IMG/VR virus record: IMGVR_UViG_3300021185_003222
Location: 1 to 59,096 of that record
DNA from: a virus
Taxonomy: Duplodnaviria > Caudoviricetes
Reading direction: 5' to 3' (one strand)
Length of the DNA: 59,096 nt
Of the stretch, positions 1 to 10,100 are shown in pieces (position 1 is the stretch's first letter; each line of letters starts with the position of its first letter). The translations under genes were made by a program, and so were the position numbers. Below the pieces are notes generated by a model that searched no databases, had not been told where the DNA came from, and worked only from the letters and a program-made list of their open reading frames with translations.

Positions 1-1
1 A

Positions 2-847
2 AATTATTATTTATACCATATACCGGGTAAAAAAATAGGTGTTACACGTGATCTTATATCTAGAGTCGTAGACCAACAAGGTTACAGCTTAGACGAAGTA
101 GAAGTTCTAGAACAAAGTACAGATATTAATTATATATCTGACCGCGAGTTAGAACTTCAACAGTCTTACGGCTATAGGGTTGACAGACAGAAATACAAAG
201 ATTTATATATAAATAAAATAAAACCAAAACCAATGAATATAAACGCAACCGAACAAACCTCAACATTTCCAGTACCAGTATCTAAACTAAAAGGCAGACT
301 CATGGATGAGATGGGTAAATCATGGCTAACCTCTCACGGTAAGTTTGAAATAAACAATGATACTATTAAGTGGATAATGGAAAATGTAAAGACATCTATG
401 TATACTACAGAAAGATGTTATGTATACAATAAAGCTTTTGCTAAGTATTTTAAAACTTCTGAATTTCCTTTTGGTGAAGATGCTTATCAAGCTTACTACA
501 CTACACTATCTAAAAGATCTAAGCCAAATGATATGGAATATATGAAGACTGACAACAGGTTTCAGCTTATAAGAGACTGGGCTGGTGAAAGAGGCTTGTA
601 TACTAGAGGCGATACTAAAACTCAGTTCTGTAAATTAATGGAAGAAGCTGGTGAATTAGGTCGTGCTGTACTAAAAGATGATCAACCTGAGTTTATAGAT
701 GCTATAGGTGATATGGTTGTAGTACTTACAAACCTAGCTCATTTAAACGGTGTGACTATTGAAGACTGTATTGATTCAGCATACAAGGTAATATCTAAAC
801 GTACTGGTAAAATGGTTAACGGAACATTTGTTAAAGATGAAAAGTAA
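2..847 (+). CDS. 5'-truncated protein: GIY-YIG-like N-terminus fused to C-terminal MazG-like NTP pyrophosphohydrolase
   Basis: Frame of ORF 233..847 is open back to nt 2 (NYYLYHIPGKKIGVTRDLISR...). C-terminus KLMEEAGELGRAVLKDDQPEFIDAIGDMVVVL has the MazG EExxE...D..D pattern. Confidence 0.75.
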   Translation, partial: NYYLYHIPGKKIGVTRDLISRVVDQQGYSLDEVEVLEQSTDINYISDRELELQQSYGYRVDRQKYKDLYINKIKPKPMNINATEQTSTFPVPVSKLKGRLMDEMGKSWLTSHGKFEINNDTIKWIMENVKTSMYTTERCYVYNKAFAKYFKTSEFPFGEDAYQAYYTTLSKRSKPNDMEYMKTDNRFQLIRDWAGERGLYTRGDTKTQFCKLMEEAGELGRAVLKDDQPEFIDAIGDMVVVLTNLAHLNGVTIEDCIDSAYKVISKRTGKMVNGTFVKDEK

Positions 848-1136
848 GACTATATTATTCAGGGATCCTGTTGTAGAAAGAGTCTGCGATAAGTTTGTTA
901 AACGTTCTGATGTTGGCTATGCTAAATACGGTAGAACATTACACGATGAAAGAACTGGTGGACATAAAGATCTAGCTGGTTACTTAAACGATGTGCAAGA
1001 AGAGTTAATGGATGCAATACTTTATATTCAAGCTGCTAAAGAAGAGTTAGAAAATAAACCGCAACCAGAAGCTTTTAGACCACCACACGTTTCAACAGCT
1101 CAACTAGACTGGGATGACAAGATCGCGCCGGTTTAG
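837..1136 (+). CDS. All-alpha NTP pyrophosphatase-like phage protein
   Basis: GYAKYGRTL...QEELMDAILY motifs; ATG at 837 overlaps the upstream gene end. Confidence 0.55.
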   Translation: MKSKTILFRDPVVERVCDKFVKRSDVGYAKYGRTLHDERTGGHKDLAGYLNDVQEELMDAILYIQAAKEELENKPQPEAFRPPHVSTAQLDWDDKIAPV

Positions 1137-1569
1137 CCGCAAGAAAGGTCCGGTAAGATCTAAAAAGGTTAAACATGATGGCATACAATTTGCTTCAGGT
1201 TTAGAAAAACACATGTACATAGCTCTTAAAAAAGCTAAGATAAAAGCACAATATGAGGGACAAACTTACGAGCTTGTCCCTTCTTTTAACTTCGATCAAG
1301 AAGCTTATGAAAGACAAAGTAATGGTAAAGGTGAATACCGTAATAGAGGTAATAAAAAAATACTTAACATCAAGTATACTCCAGATTTTGTGGGAGATAA
1401 TTTTATTATTGAATGTAAAGGACGTGCTAATGAATCTTTTCCCATACGTTGGAAGTTATTTAAAGCTTACGTACATAAACACTTACCGAACATTACGTTA
1501 TACAAACCTCAAAATCAAAAGGAATGCGAAGAAACCGTGAACTTAATTCTTTCCAAAAGAAAGACTTAG
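1114..1569 (+). CDS. T7 endonuclease I-like PD-(D/E)XK Holliday junction resolvase
   Basis: FASGLE...YTPDF...IIECKG motif series. Confidence 0.8.
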   Translation: MTRSRRFSRKKGPVRSKKVKHDGIQFASGLEKHMYIALKKAKIKAQYEGQTYELVPSFNFDQEAYERQSNGKGEYRNRGNKKILNIKYTPDFVGDNFIIECKGRANESFPIRWKLFKAYVHKHLPNITLYKPQNQKECEETVNLILSKRKT

Positions 1570-1721
1570 CCCGAAGAAAATATGCTGAGCGTCAACTTCA
1601 AAAGTTTATTGACTGGAGTATCGAAGCTAAAGGATATTTAAAATATAAAGACTTAATAAAATATTCAAATAAATATGGCCAAACTGACATTATCACTGTA
1701 TCAAGAGAAAAAAAGAGTTAA
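1524..1721 (+). CDS. Hypothetical protein
   Basis: 65-aa ORF filling the gap in a tightly packed operon. Confidence 0.5.
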   Translation: MRRNRELNSFQKKDLARRKYAERQLQKFIDWSIEAKGYLKYKDLIKYSNKYGQTDIITVSREKKS

Positions 1722-1809
1722 AAGAAAAGGAGTGCACAGTAAGTGCAAATCCTCTAACTTAATAGGAAGTAAATTATATAAAAAGAAATATAAAGGACAA
1801 GGAAGATGA
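1675..1809 (+). CDS. Small very basic protein (44 aa) ending YKKKYKGQGR
   Basis: Read manually: MAKLTLSLYQEKKRVKRKGVHSKCKSSNLIGSKLYKKKYKGQGR; stop overlaps next ATG (ATGA). Confidence 0.65.
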   Translation: MAKLTLSLYQEKKRVKRKGVHSKCKSSNLIGSKLYKKKYKGQGR

Positions 1810-2027
1810 AAGAAAGTACTTTGCTAGAAATGCAAAACAAAATTAAAGCTATAACAAATGTGTTGCAGCAATTAATAAACGAACAAACGCACTTAAGAGA
1901 TTTAAGTGTAGGTACATTAGAAGCTTTAAAACTTATGCCAGGTTATGAAAAAGCGATAGAGTTTCTAAAAAAAGAAGTAACTAAAAAAGAAAACGAAGAT
2001 GGAGCTATCGAACAAGATACTAAGTGA
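1806..2027 (+). CDS. Hypothetical coiled-coil protein
   Basis: 73-aa ORF, overlaps both neighbours. Confidence 0.65.
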   Translation: MKESTLLEMQNKIKAITNVLQQLINEQTHLRDLSVGTLEALKLMPGYEKAIEFLKKEVTKKENEDGAIEQDTK

Positions 2028-3861
2028 TATAACTGTATATATGAAGTATGCTAAATTTGTACCTGAGTTAAATCGTAGAGAGACTTGGGAAGAGTTAGTT
2101 ACACGTAATAAAAATATGCATATTAAAAAATACCCAAATTTAAAAAATGAAATTAATGAAGCTTATAAAAGCGTGTATAGCAAAAAAATACTACCATCTA
2201 TGCGATCATTACAGTTCGGAGGAAAACCGATTGAAATTAGCCCTAATCGCGTGTATAACTGCGCTTATTTACCAATTGATCACATTGATAGTTTTCACGA
2301 AACAATGTTCTTATTACTTGGAGGAACAGGTGTTGGATACTCTGTGCAAAACCATCACGTAAGTAAAATGCCGCCAGTTAATAAACCTTATGTTAAAAGA
2401 ACTAGAAGGTTTTTAATAGGTGACAGTATCGAAGGTTGGGCTGATGCTATTAAAGTTCTTATGAAGTCCTATATGGGTGATAATAGATCATCTAGCATAC
2501 AGTTTGACTTTTCTGACATTAGACCAAAGGGAGCTCAGTTAGTTACTTCTGGAGGTAAAGCGCCAGGACCTCAACCACTAAAAGAGTGTATACTAAAGAT
2601 TAAAGGTATACTTGATGCTAAAGATGATGGCGTACAATTAACTACAGTTGAAGCCCATGATATAGTTTGCCACATAGCTGACTCAGTCTTGGCTGGTGGT
2701 ATACGTAGAGCTGCTTTAATTAGTTTATTTTCTGCTGAAGATAGCGAGATGATTAGTTGTAAGTCAGGTAGTTGGTGGGAGAAAAACCCACAAAGAGGTA
2801 GAGCTAATAACTCAGCTGTATTAATGAGACATAAAGTAACTCAAGAGTTTTTTATGGATCTGTGGAAACGTGTAGAACTATCAGGATCAGGAGAACCAGG
2901 TATTTACTTTAATAACGATAAAGACTGGGGTACAAACCCTTGTTGTGAAATAGCATTAAGACCTTTCCAATTTTGTAACCTGTGTGAGGTTAATGCTAGT
3001 GACATTGAGTCACAAGATGATTTTAACGATAGAGTTAGAAAAGCAAGCTTCATAGGTACACTACAAGCTGGTTATACTGACTTTCATTATTTAAGAGATA
3101 TATGGAGAGATACGACAGAGAAGGACGCCCTTATAGGTGTGTCAATGACAGGAATCGCGAGTGCCGCTGTGCTGCCGTTGGATATGAAGGCCGCTGCAAG
3201 TATAGTGAAAAGAGAGAATACAAAGACGGCGAAAGCCATTGGTATTAATTCAGCTGCAAGATGCACAACCGTGAAGCCTGCTGGGACGACATCTCTTGCA
3301 TTAGGAACCTCGTCTGGTATTCATGCTTGGCATGCAGATTATTATACGCGTAGAATAAGAGTCGGTAAAAACGAATCTATGTATAAGTATTTGTCAGAAA
3401 AACATCCTGAGTTGATTGAAGATGAGTTTTTTAGACCTCACGACACTGCTGTAATTAGTATACCACAAAAAGCACCTAAGGGTTCTATACTAAGAGACGA
3501 ATCACCTTTTGATTTACTTGAGCGTATAAAAAAAGTAGCTACAGAGTGGGTTAAGCCTGGTCATAGAAAAGGATCTAACACTCACAATGTATCTGCAACT
3601 GTAAGTCTTAAACAAGATGAGTGGGACGCGGCAGGTAAGTGGATGTGGGAGAACAGGGAGCATTACAATGGCTTATCTGTATTACCTTATGATGGAGGTA
3701 CTTATACTCAAGCACCTTTTGAAGATATAAGTAAAGTTAACTATGATATGGCTATGGCTCATCTCAAAGATATTGATCTTAGCAAAATTATAGAAGTTGA
3801 AGATGAAACAGATCTTTCAGGTGAATTAGCTTGTGCAGGAGGAGCATGTGAGATAACATGA
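1999..3861 (+). CDS. nrdJ: Class II (adenosylcobalamin-dependent) ribonucleotide reductase
   Basis: NCAY, GGIRRAALI, TNPCCEI catalytic loop, TVKPAGT, C-terminal CAGGAC redox pair; no small subunit gene follows. Confidence 0.92.
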   Translation: MELSNKILSDITVYMKYAKFVPELNRRETWEELVTRNKNMHIKKYPNLKNEINEAYKSVYSKKILPSMRSLQFGGKPIEISPNRVYNCAYLPIDHIDSFHETMFLLLGGTGVGYSVQNHHVSKMPPVNKPYVKRTRRFLIGDSIEGWADAIKVLMKSYMGDNRSSSIQFDFSDIRPKGAQLVTSGGKAPGPQPLKECILKIKGILDAKDDGVQLTTVEAHDIVCHIADSVLAGGIRRAALISLFSAEDSEMISCKSGSWWEKNPQRGRANNSAVLMRHKVTQEFFMDLWKRVELSGSGEPGIYFNNDKDWGTNPCCEIALRPFQFCNLCEVNASDIESQDDFNDRVRKASFIGTLQAGYTDFHYLRDIWRDTTEKDALIGVSMTGIASAAVLPLDMKAAASIVKRENTKTAKAIGINSAARCTTVKPAGTTSLALGTSSGIHAWHADYYTRRIRVGKNESMYKYLSEKHPELIEDEFFRPHDTAVISIPQKAPKGSILRDESPFDLLERIKKVATEWVKPGHRKGSNTHNVSATVSLKQDEWDAAGKWMWENREHYNGLSVLPYDGGTYTQAPFEDISKVNYDMAMAHLKDIDLSKIIEVEDETDLSGELACAGGACEIT

Positions 3862-4019
3862 AAAAATTAACAATAATTGCCGGTCTTAGCATGATGACAG
3901 CTGGGACCGGTTATATGGTACATCACAAGAACGCGCCAAGATTTAATATGAATCCTAATACAATGGCAATAGCTACTGGAGGATTCTTTGTTGCGTTTGG
4001 TTTAAGTTATAGATTTTAA
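3858..4019 (+). CDS. Small membrane-associated protein (53 aa) ending GLSYRF
   Basis: Read manually: MKKLTIIAGLSMMTAGTGYMVHHKNAPRFNMNPNTMAIATGGFFVAFGLSYRF; ATGA overlap with nrdJ stop. Confidence 0.6.
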   Translation: MKKLTIIAGLSMMTAGTGYMVHHKNAPRFNMNPNTMAIATGGFFVAFGLSYRF

Positions 4020-4030
4020 AATGTAAAATT

Positions 4031-4078
4031 ATGTGCGGACTATGTCTAGGCGGTATTTGCGAATATTGCAATATTTAA
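4031..4078 (+). CDS. Putative 15-aa four-cysteine micropeptide MCGLCLGGICEYCNI
   Basis: ATG after A-rich leader, CxxC-x4-CxxC, stop just before the terminator. Confidence 0.4.
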   Translation: MCGLCLGGICEYCNI

Positions 4079-4084
4079 AATAAT

Positions 4085-4117
4085 AAAAGGGGAGGTCATT
4101 TACGACTTCCCCTTTTT
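4085..4117. terminator. Bidirectional intrinsic terminator between the convergent arms
   Basis: AAAAGGGGAGGTC-ATTTAC-GACTTCCCCTTTTT hairpin with A/T runs both sides; a second small hairpin TGGGTA-TGG-TGCCCA plus T-run follows at 4133-4156. Confidence 0.88.
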
Positions 4118-4160
4118 GGTTACAGGAACTTTTGGGTATGGTGCCCAGTTTTTTTTGTTC

Positions 4161-7100
4161 CTATTTTTTATTAGCGTCTTGAATAAGTTTTATTCTGTCT
4201 GCTTCTTTTTTAGCTTTGTTTATTCTGTAAGTTCCATATCCTAGACTTTTAAGCATTTTAACTTGCTCAGCTTTGTTAAGCTTTTTTAAGGTTTCAAAGT
4301 CAGTAGATCCAGATGCTGCTTTTACTCTATTCTTGGATTTGTTTATTTTATTATCTGCTTTTTGTTTATCAGTCATGGCAGGAGCAGTAGGCTCAGACAT
4401 TATATTCCATTTTGGCCAACCAGCCATCATAGCTATACTTTGCCATGTTTCTGTGTCCTCAGCTAAAGCTGCATCTATATTATCGTACTTTTGTAGTAGT
4501 CTATCTAAAGGAATATTAGTTGTAGCACTTATAACTTTAGCACCTGACATCGCAGCTGGGTTATCTAGGCTAAATCCTTTACTATATATTTCTTCTCTTC
4601 TTTTCTTACTATCAAAAGGATAAGCTGCTTGTTTTATTTTATTTATCTTAGAACTAAGTGGTGGTGAAAATTGTGTAAGTTTCCACGCGGCATCAACATA
4701 CTCAGGCCTATCTCTATTAGATCTTTCGTATATATCAAGCAAAAAGTTTTTAGCAACTGATATAGAAGCTCCTCCAATACCTGTACCTCTCAATAAGCCA
4801 TCTAGCATTCCATTCACTGTTCTATTTATTGCTTTTCCGTTGTTCTCAAACGTTTGATCATCATCTGCTGCTATCTTAAACAAAGCGTTTTGAAGACCAT
4901 TAAATATCATATTTTGAACAAAGCCATAGTATATTATTTTACTAACGTTTTCCTTAGCATCTCCTCTTCCATTTTTAAGATCTTGAAAAGCTCTTTTTTG
5001 TATACGAGCATATTGCATAGGTGTATTAGCAAACATAAGTATTAAACGACCAGCATCACTTGATTGCTGACTTGATATTCTACTTGGATCAGCTGATTGC
5101 TGCGATTCTTCAGATTTTTGTCTCCACTCTATTAAAGCTTGCTTTTCAGCTTCAACTAGGGTTTTACCTTCATTTTTAACTAAATCATTTATTCTGTTAC
5201 GATAAAACGTAGCACCGCCAGACGCTATAGCGAAGCTATCAGCATATTGAGTAGGTGCATAACCTTTTTGTAGTATGTACTGTATTCCTGCTTTAAACTT
5301 GTTCTTACTAGTAGAAGCTGCGTCAGCTATTTCACTTTCATTTATGTTAAGCTTAAGACCATTACGTCTATCCATTAAGTAGTCAGAGTTTAATAGTTTA
5401 GTAACGTCTTTCCAATACTGTGGTTGATTTGCTACAGCGGCACCAGCTTTAAGTGGATTATTAAAAGACCAGTTAACATAATTTATATTAGAAATCATCT
5501 GCAAAGCTGCTGATCTAATGTTAAAGAACATTATAGCCGCATTAGATCCGTTAACGTAATCTAGCATTTGATTACTTAATCTATTACCTCCAGCTAGTCT
5601 ATTTTTACCAGCTTTCATTCTAGCTAGTATGTTTTCTAAAGATTCTCTATATTTACTTCCATATATAGCTTCAAGCTTATTTAAGTTTTCTTTACTATAT
5701 ATTTGATCTACATTTGACTGCCACTCTTCTAAATACTTAGATCTTTTACCTGTGTTTATTAAATCTAACAAGTCTGTAGTTATAGTTCCTGCTAACCAAC
5801 TCTCTCCTGGTTTAGCATAACCATCACCTTTTGTAACGCTAAGTATCTGCTCTGCAAAAGTCATTAAATTTGAATCTGATTCAACAACTTTCATTAAGTC
5901 TGCTTTATCAGTTTTGCTAAGCGTTTTGTCTAGCTCTTTACCATAACCTGCTTTTTCAAACAAATAAACTCTAACAGCTTGCTCTTTAGTAAAACCTGTT
6001 TTAGCTTCTTTTCTTAAATCTTTAGGAACATTAAGCTCTTTTTTCAAAGCTTTAAAATCAGTTAATAACTGAACTCTATCTTTTGATAAATTGTCCATAG
6101 CTCTAGAATAAGGATTAATTAAATTTTCCTTGTACCAAGCCATTTGTTTGTCACCTAATTTTCCTTTTGTCAATGTTGGATATATTAAACCAACAAAATC
6201 CTCAGCAGAGTGAGGAATAAAAAATCCAAACTTACCTTTGCTAGCTCCAATAGTTTTAGCTTTGGCAGCTGAATATTCTTTGTAATACTCTATACCTGTT
6301 GATTCTTCTAGTAGCTTATTAAACTCTAAGCTTCTGTTTTCACTATTACTAGCAAATACTTGTTGTGTTTTAGATTTTATATCTAAAGGTTCTAAAGCTT
6401 CTTTAACAGCTTTAACATTAGCCATAGCGTCGTCAGCAAAGAAAAAGTCGTTGTAACCTTCAGCGGCTTTACTAACCAACCATTGCGCTTTAGCTTCACC
6501 TGTTGAATTACCTAAACCAGTTATATTTTCTAATGGTATATCTAATCCTTCAGATTTTAAAAACTCATGTATTGCTTGTTGAGATTCAGGCGCTCTTGCG
6601 GTTAATACAAATACATCGTCTGTACCTCTAGCATCTCTAATCTTTTCAGCAACCTTAAACATAGGGCCTCTCTCACCTTCTCTAACAATGTTAAAGTCAG
6701 TAAAGTCCATAACTGCTCCCTCTTCTATTAAAGACTTGCCGTCTCTTGCAAATTCCTCAGCGTTTAAGACACCTCTTTCATTTTCGTATACTTTAGTCTT
6801 AACTTTATTTACAAAGTCTTTAGGAAGAGGTTTTCCATATTCTATAGTTTCTGTATCTATTTCTATAAATTTATCTCCTAGTTCTTCTCTGTATTTCTTA
6901 ACACTTTCTTGAACAGCTTTTGATGTTTTTTCTACTATAAAACTAGGTAACGATCTTTCTTTTCTAGCTTTGTTTCTAGAAACAGCAGCTTCAGTAGAAG
7001 TTTCTGCATGAACCATAAACACTTCGTAACCTTGCTCTTTAAGTTTGTTAACTTTTTTCATAGTTGCATTATAACTAGCACCTGTCCCGTCTATAATCAT

Positions 7101-10100
7101 ACCTTCTCCAGCTTGTCTGTACTTTTCCATTTTAGCTTCAGCAGCTTTTCTACCAGCAAAACCAATTTTAGATCTTTGGCTTTTCTGCTCTTTGCTATAC
7201 ATACTTTCTGCTTCAGGCAGTCCTACTTTAGCTTTTTCAGCTTCTATAAATATATCTTGATTAACAACTTTCCAACCTTCTCTACCAAGCTCCAAACCTT
7301 TTCCAATGTTTGATTTACCAGATCCAGGTCCACCAATCATAAATATAGCTTTACGTTTAGGTGAAGGTTTTCCAGATGTGTTAGGTCTGTTATAAAATAC
7401 TAAACTTTTACTCTTGGCTAACGTGTCGTCAAAGTCAAAAACTCTTATCTTTTTAGGTTTTTTGTTAGGCTTTCTAGCTAATTCTAATGCTTTATCATTG
7501 TTTTTAGCATTATTTAAGAAATCAACATTAGTTCTAGTATTAGATTCTGAAGCTGCAAAAACAGGATCACTTTTTAAATTGTCTTTAGCTAGCTTCGGGT
7601 TAATGGCTAGCTCAGCAGATTTAGCCCAAGCTTCTCCTTCAACTTTGCCTGTTTTAAAATTATATATAGACCTCATGTTTGGATCATACATAGAAGATTC
7701 ATTGTAGTATCTAGTGCCATCAACAGGTGACAAAACCTCATAACCTGTTCTACGTAAAACACCATCCATTTTGTATGGAATTATATTAACATAAAAGTCT
7801 TCATAAGCTAATTCTAACTCTGTCTTACCTTTTTGATTTAACTCAATCTTGTTTGTACCTTCAATTGTCTTTAAATTATCTTTATTTGAGTATACTTTTA
7901 ATAAATCTAATAACATTTTTTCAGCAGACTTATTATGCTCCCATGTCAAAAGTTTTTCACTTTTACTTTTGTTATCTCTAGGATCAATGTATTTACGGCT
8001 ATTAGTTGTTATTAGTTTTTCACCTTTTAAAGGTATGTATATGCCTCTAACAGGAGCTGCTAATCTAAGAACACTTCCCATACTATTTTTTAAAGCCATC
8101 ATAGCTATACCCATTTGAGCTTCTGGTGATACACCTGACTTAGTGGTAGTTATTTCTCCATTAACGAAAGCTTGAGTTTCGCTTAATATTTGAGTTTCTA
8201 AAAACTTTCTTGCTTCTAAAGCTACTCTATCATACTCCTCAACAAGTTCTTTTACTTTTCCAGATTTATAGTCAGATAATTTAGAATTAATATTTAATCC
8301 AGCCTGTTTAATAAAGGTTTCAGAGTTATGAAAGTTGCTACCACCATATTTCTTTACTTTAAGTTTTTTATCACCCTGAGTTAATGTAGTTTTTTCTAAA
8401 TTAATTCCATATTTATTTATAACACTATTTAATCCAGCTCTCCAATTAGCAGTACCTCCCCAATAAACATGTCTTTTACCTCCTATAGTCGATGAGTTTG
8501 TGTATTGTTCATTAAGAGAAGATAAAACTTCTGCTGCTTTTAGCTTGTCAGTAGAGTTTTCCATGTAGTCACTCCAAGCTGCTTCATCTCTTAATCTTCT
8601 AGCTTTTTGAACATCTGGATCTGTAGACACTTCTTGTAACTCACCTCTTTTTAAACCTAAATAATCTTCGTTTATTCTTTCAAAATCACCTTCTATTATT
8701 TCTTTAGTGTGATCTTTTAAAAACTTTTCAATATCTACCTTGCTTATTTCTTCATATTTTTTTATATTATATTCCACACTAGCCTCTGCTTTTTTAAGGC
8801 CCTTTGCTAAAGCATCTATTATATCGTTTTTATCTTTAGTAGTGTAGAAATCATCAAATAAGTATTTTTTAACAACGCTTCTGATTTGTGTTCTATCTGG
8901 AACACCAGCGTAGTTAACTTTAAAATCTTGAGCTATATCAGATAATTTATTTTCTAAAAAGTCTTTTTGTTTAGGTATATCAAAGTCTCTTAAAGCAGTT
9001 TGAGATGCAGAATAAATGTTTTTAGCTGATCTAAGATCGTTAACTTGATTAGACAAGCCTAGCTCTTGAGCTCTTTCAGAAAATGCTTTTAAAGTCATTT
9101 CTTTAGTTATATATCTTAAAACACCTTTTAACGTTTGAGCTTCACTTTCTCTTTGTGTAAACGAAGCTTCTTTTCTCTTGTCTTTAATACCTATTTTACC
9201 TAAAAAATATTCTTCTGAAAATTTGTTTTTTGTCCATAAAAAATCATTACCAATACGTTGATCTGTTTTAGTAAAGAAGTCTCTTTTTATGTTTCTGTCA
9301 ATACCTGTTGGCTGGTTAATTTTTCCAGACGATGCAGATATATTAATATAGTTATCTCCTTTTCTAGACTTTGGATGTTTAATTCTTTCTGTTGTATTAC
9401 CTTTGTAAGCATATTCTCTCAATACAGGAACATTGTTGTAAGGCATTAAATCAATAGCTTTTGCAAAATTAGGATTTAAACCTCCACCCATCATCCATCG
9501 TTGCGCAACTTTTGCTTCAGGTATATTTAAGTTTTTCTTTGGATCAGTTATAGCTTCCTCTCTAAAACTAAAGTTAGGATCTTTTAATACTTCTTTACCA
9601 AAGGTTGTTAAATCATTTTTCAACTCTTTAGCTGCTATATATGGAATATCTTTTATTAAATTATCAAAAGTACCTAAATAAGCGTCCATTGTTTCAGGAA
9701 CAAAAGGATATTTACCTTCGTCAGTTATTTTTTTCTTTATCTCGTTAGATAGCTCAAACCTGCTTTCTGGACTTAACATACCTAAAGAGTTAGTTCTACC
9801 AGCTCCAAAAGGTTCAGCAGATCTTTCAACTCTTAATGATAATTCAGCTTGACCTTCTCCTCTACCTGCTTTGTCTGATAAAGCTTTCTTTTCGTAAGCT
9901 TTAAAAACATCTAATTTCTTTTTGTTTAGGTTTAATGGATTAAATATCCAACCAGCTAAACCACCTTTTTCACCTTTTATATTTTGAGGATCCCAACTTC
10001 TAACTACATCGTTAATTTTATCTCTTACGTCTAATATGAATTGATCTTTACTAAACGCTTCACCTTGTATTATAATCTTATCACCACTGATTTTCATTTT

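Noticed and set aside
7422-7436. DFDD as a virion RNA polymerase catalytic motif
   Set aside because: Context hhhDxDxT plus downstream TAR and DD motifs identifies a HAD, not DxDxD.
7780-7950. TWEH...IIP segment as an HNH-like nuclease in the giant protein
   Set aside because: Only a fragmentary match; conserved Asn and second His are not evident.
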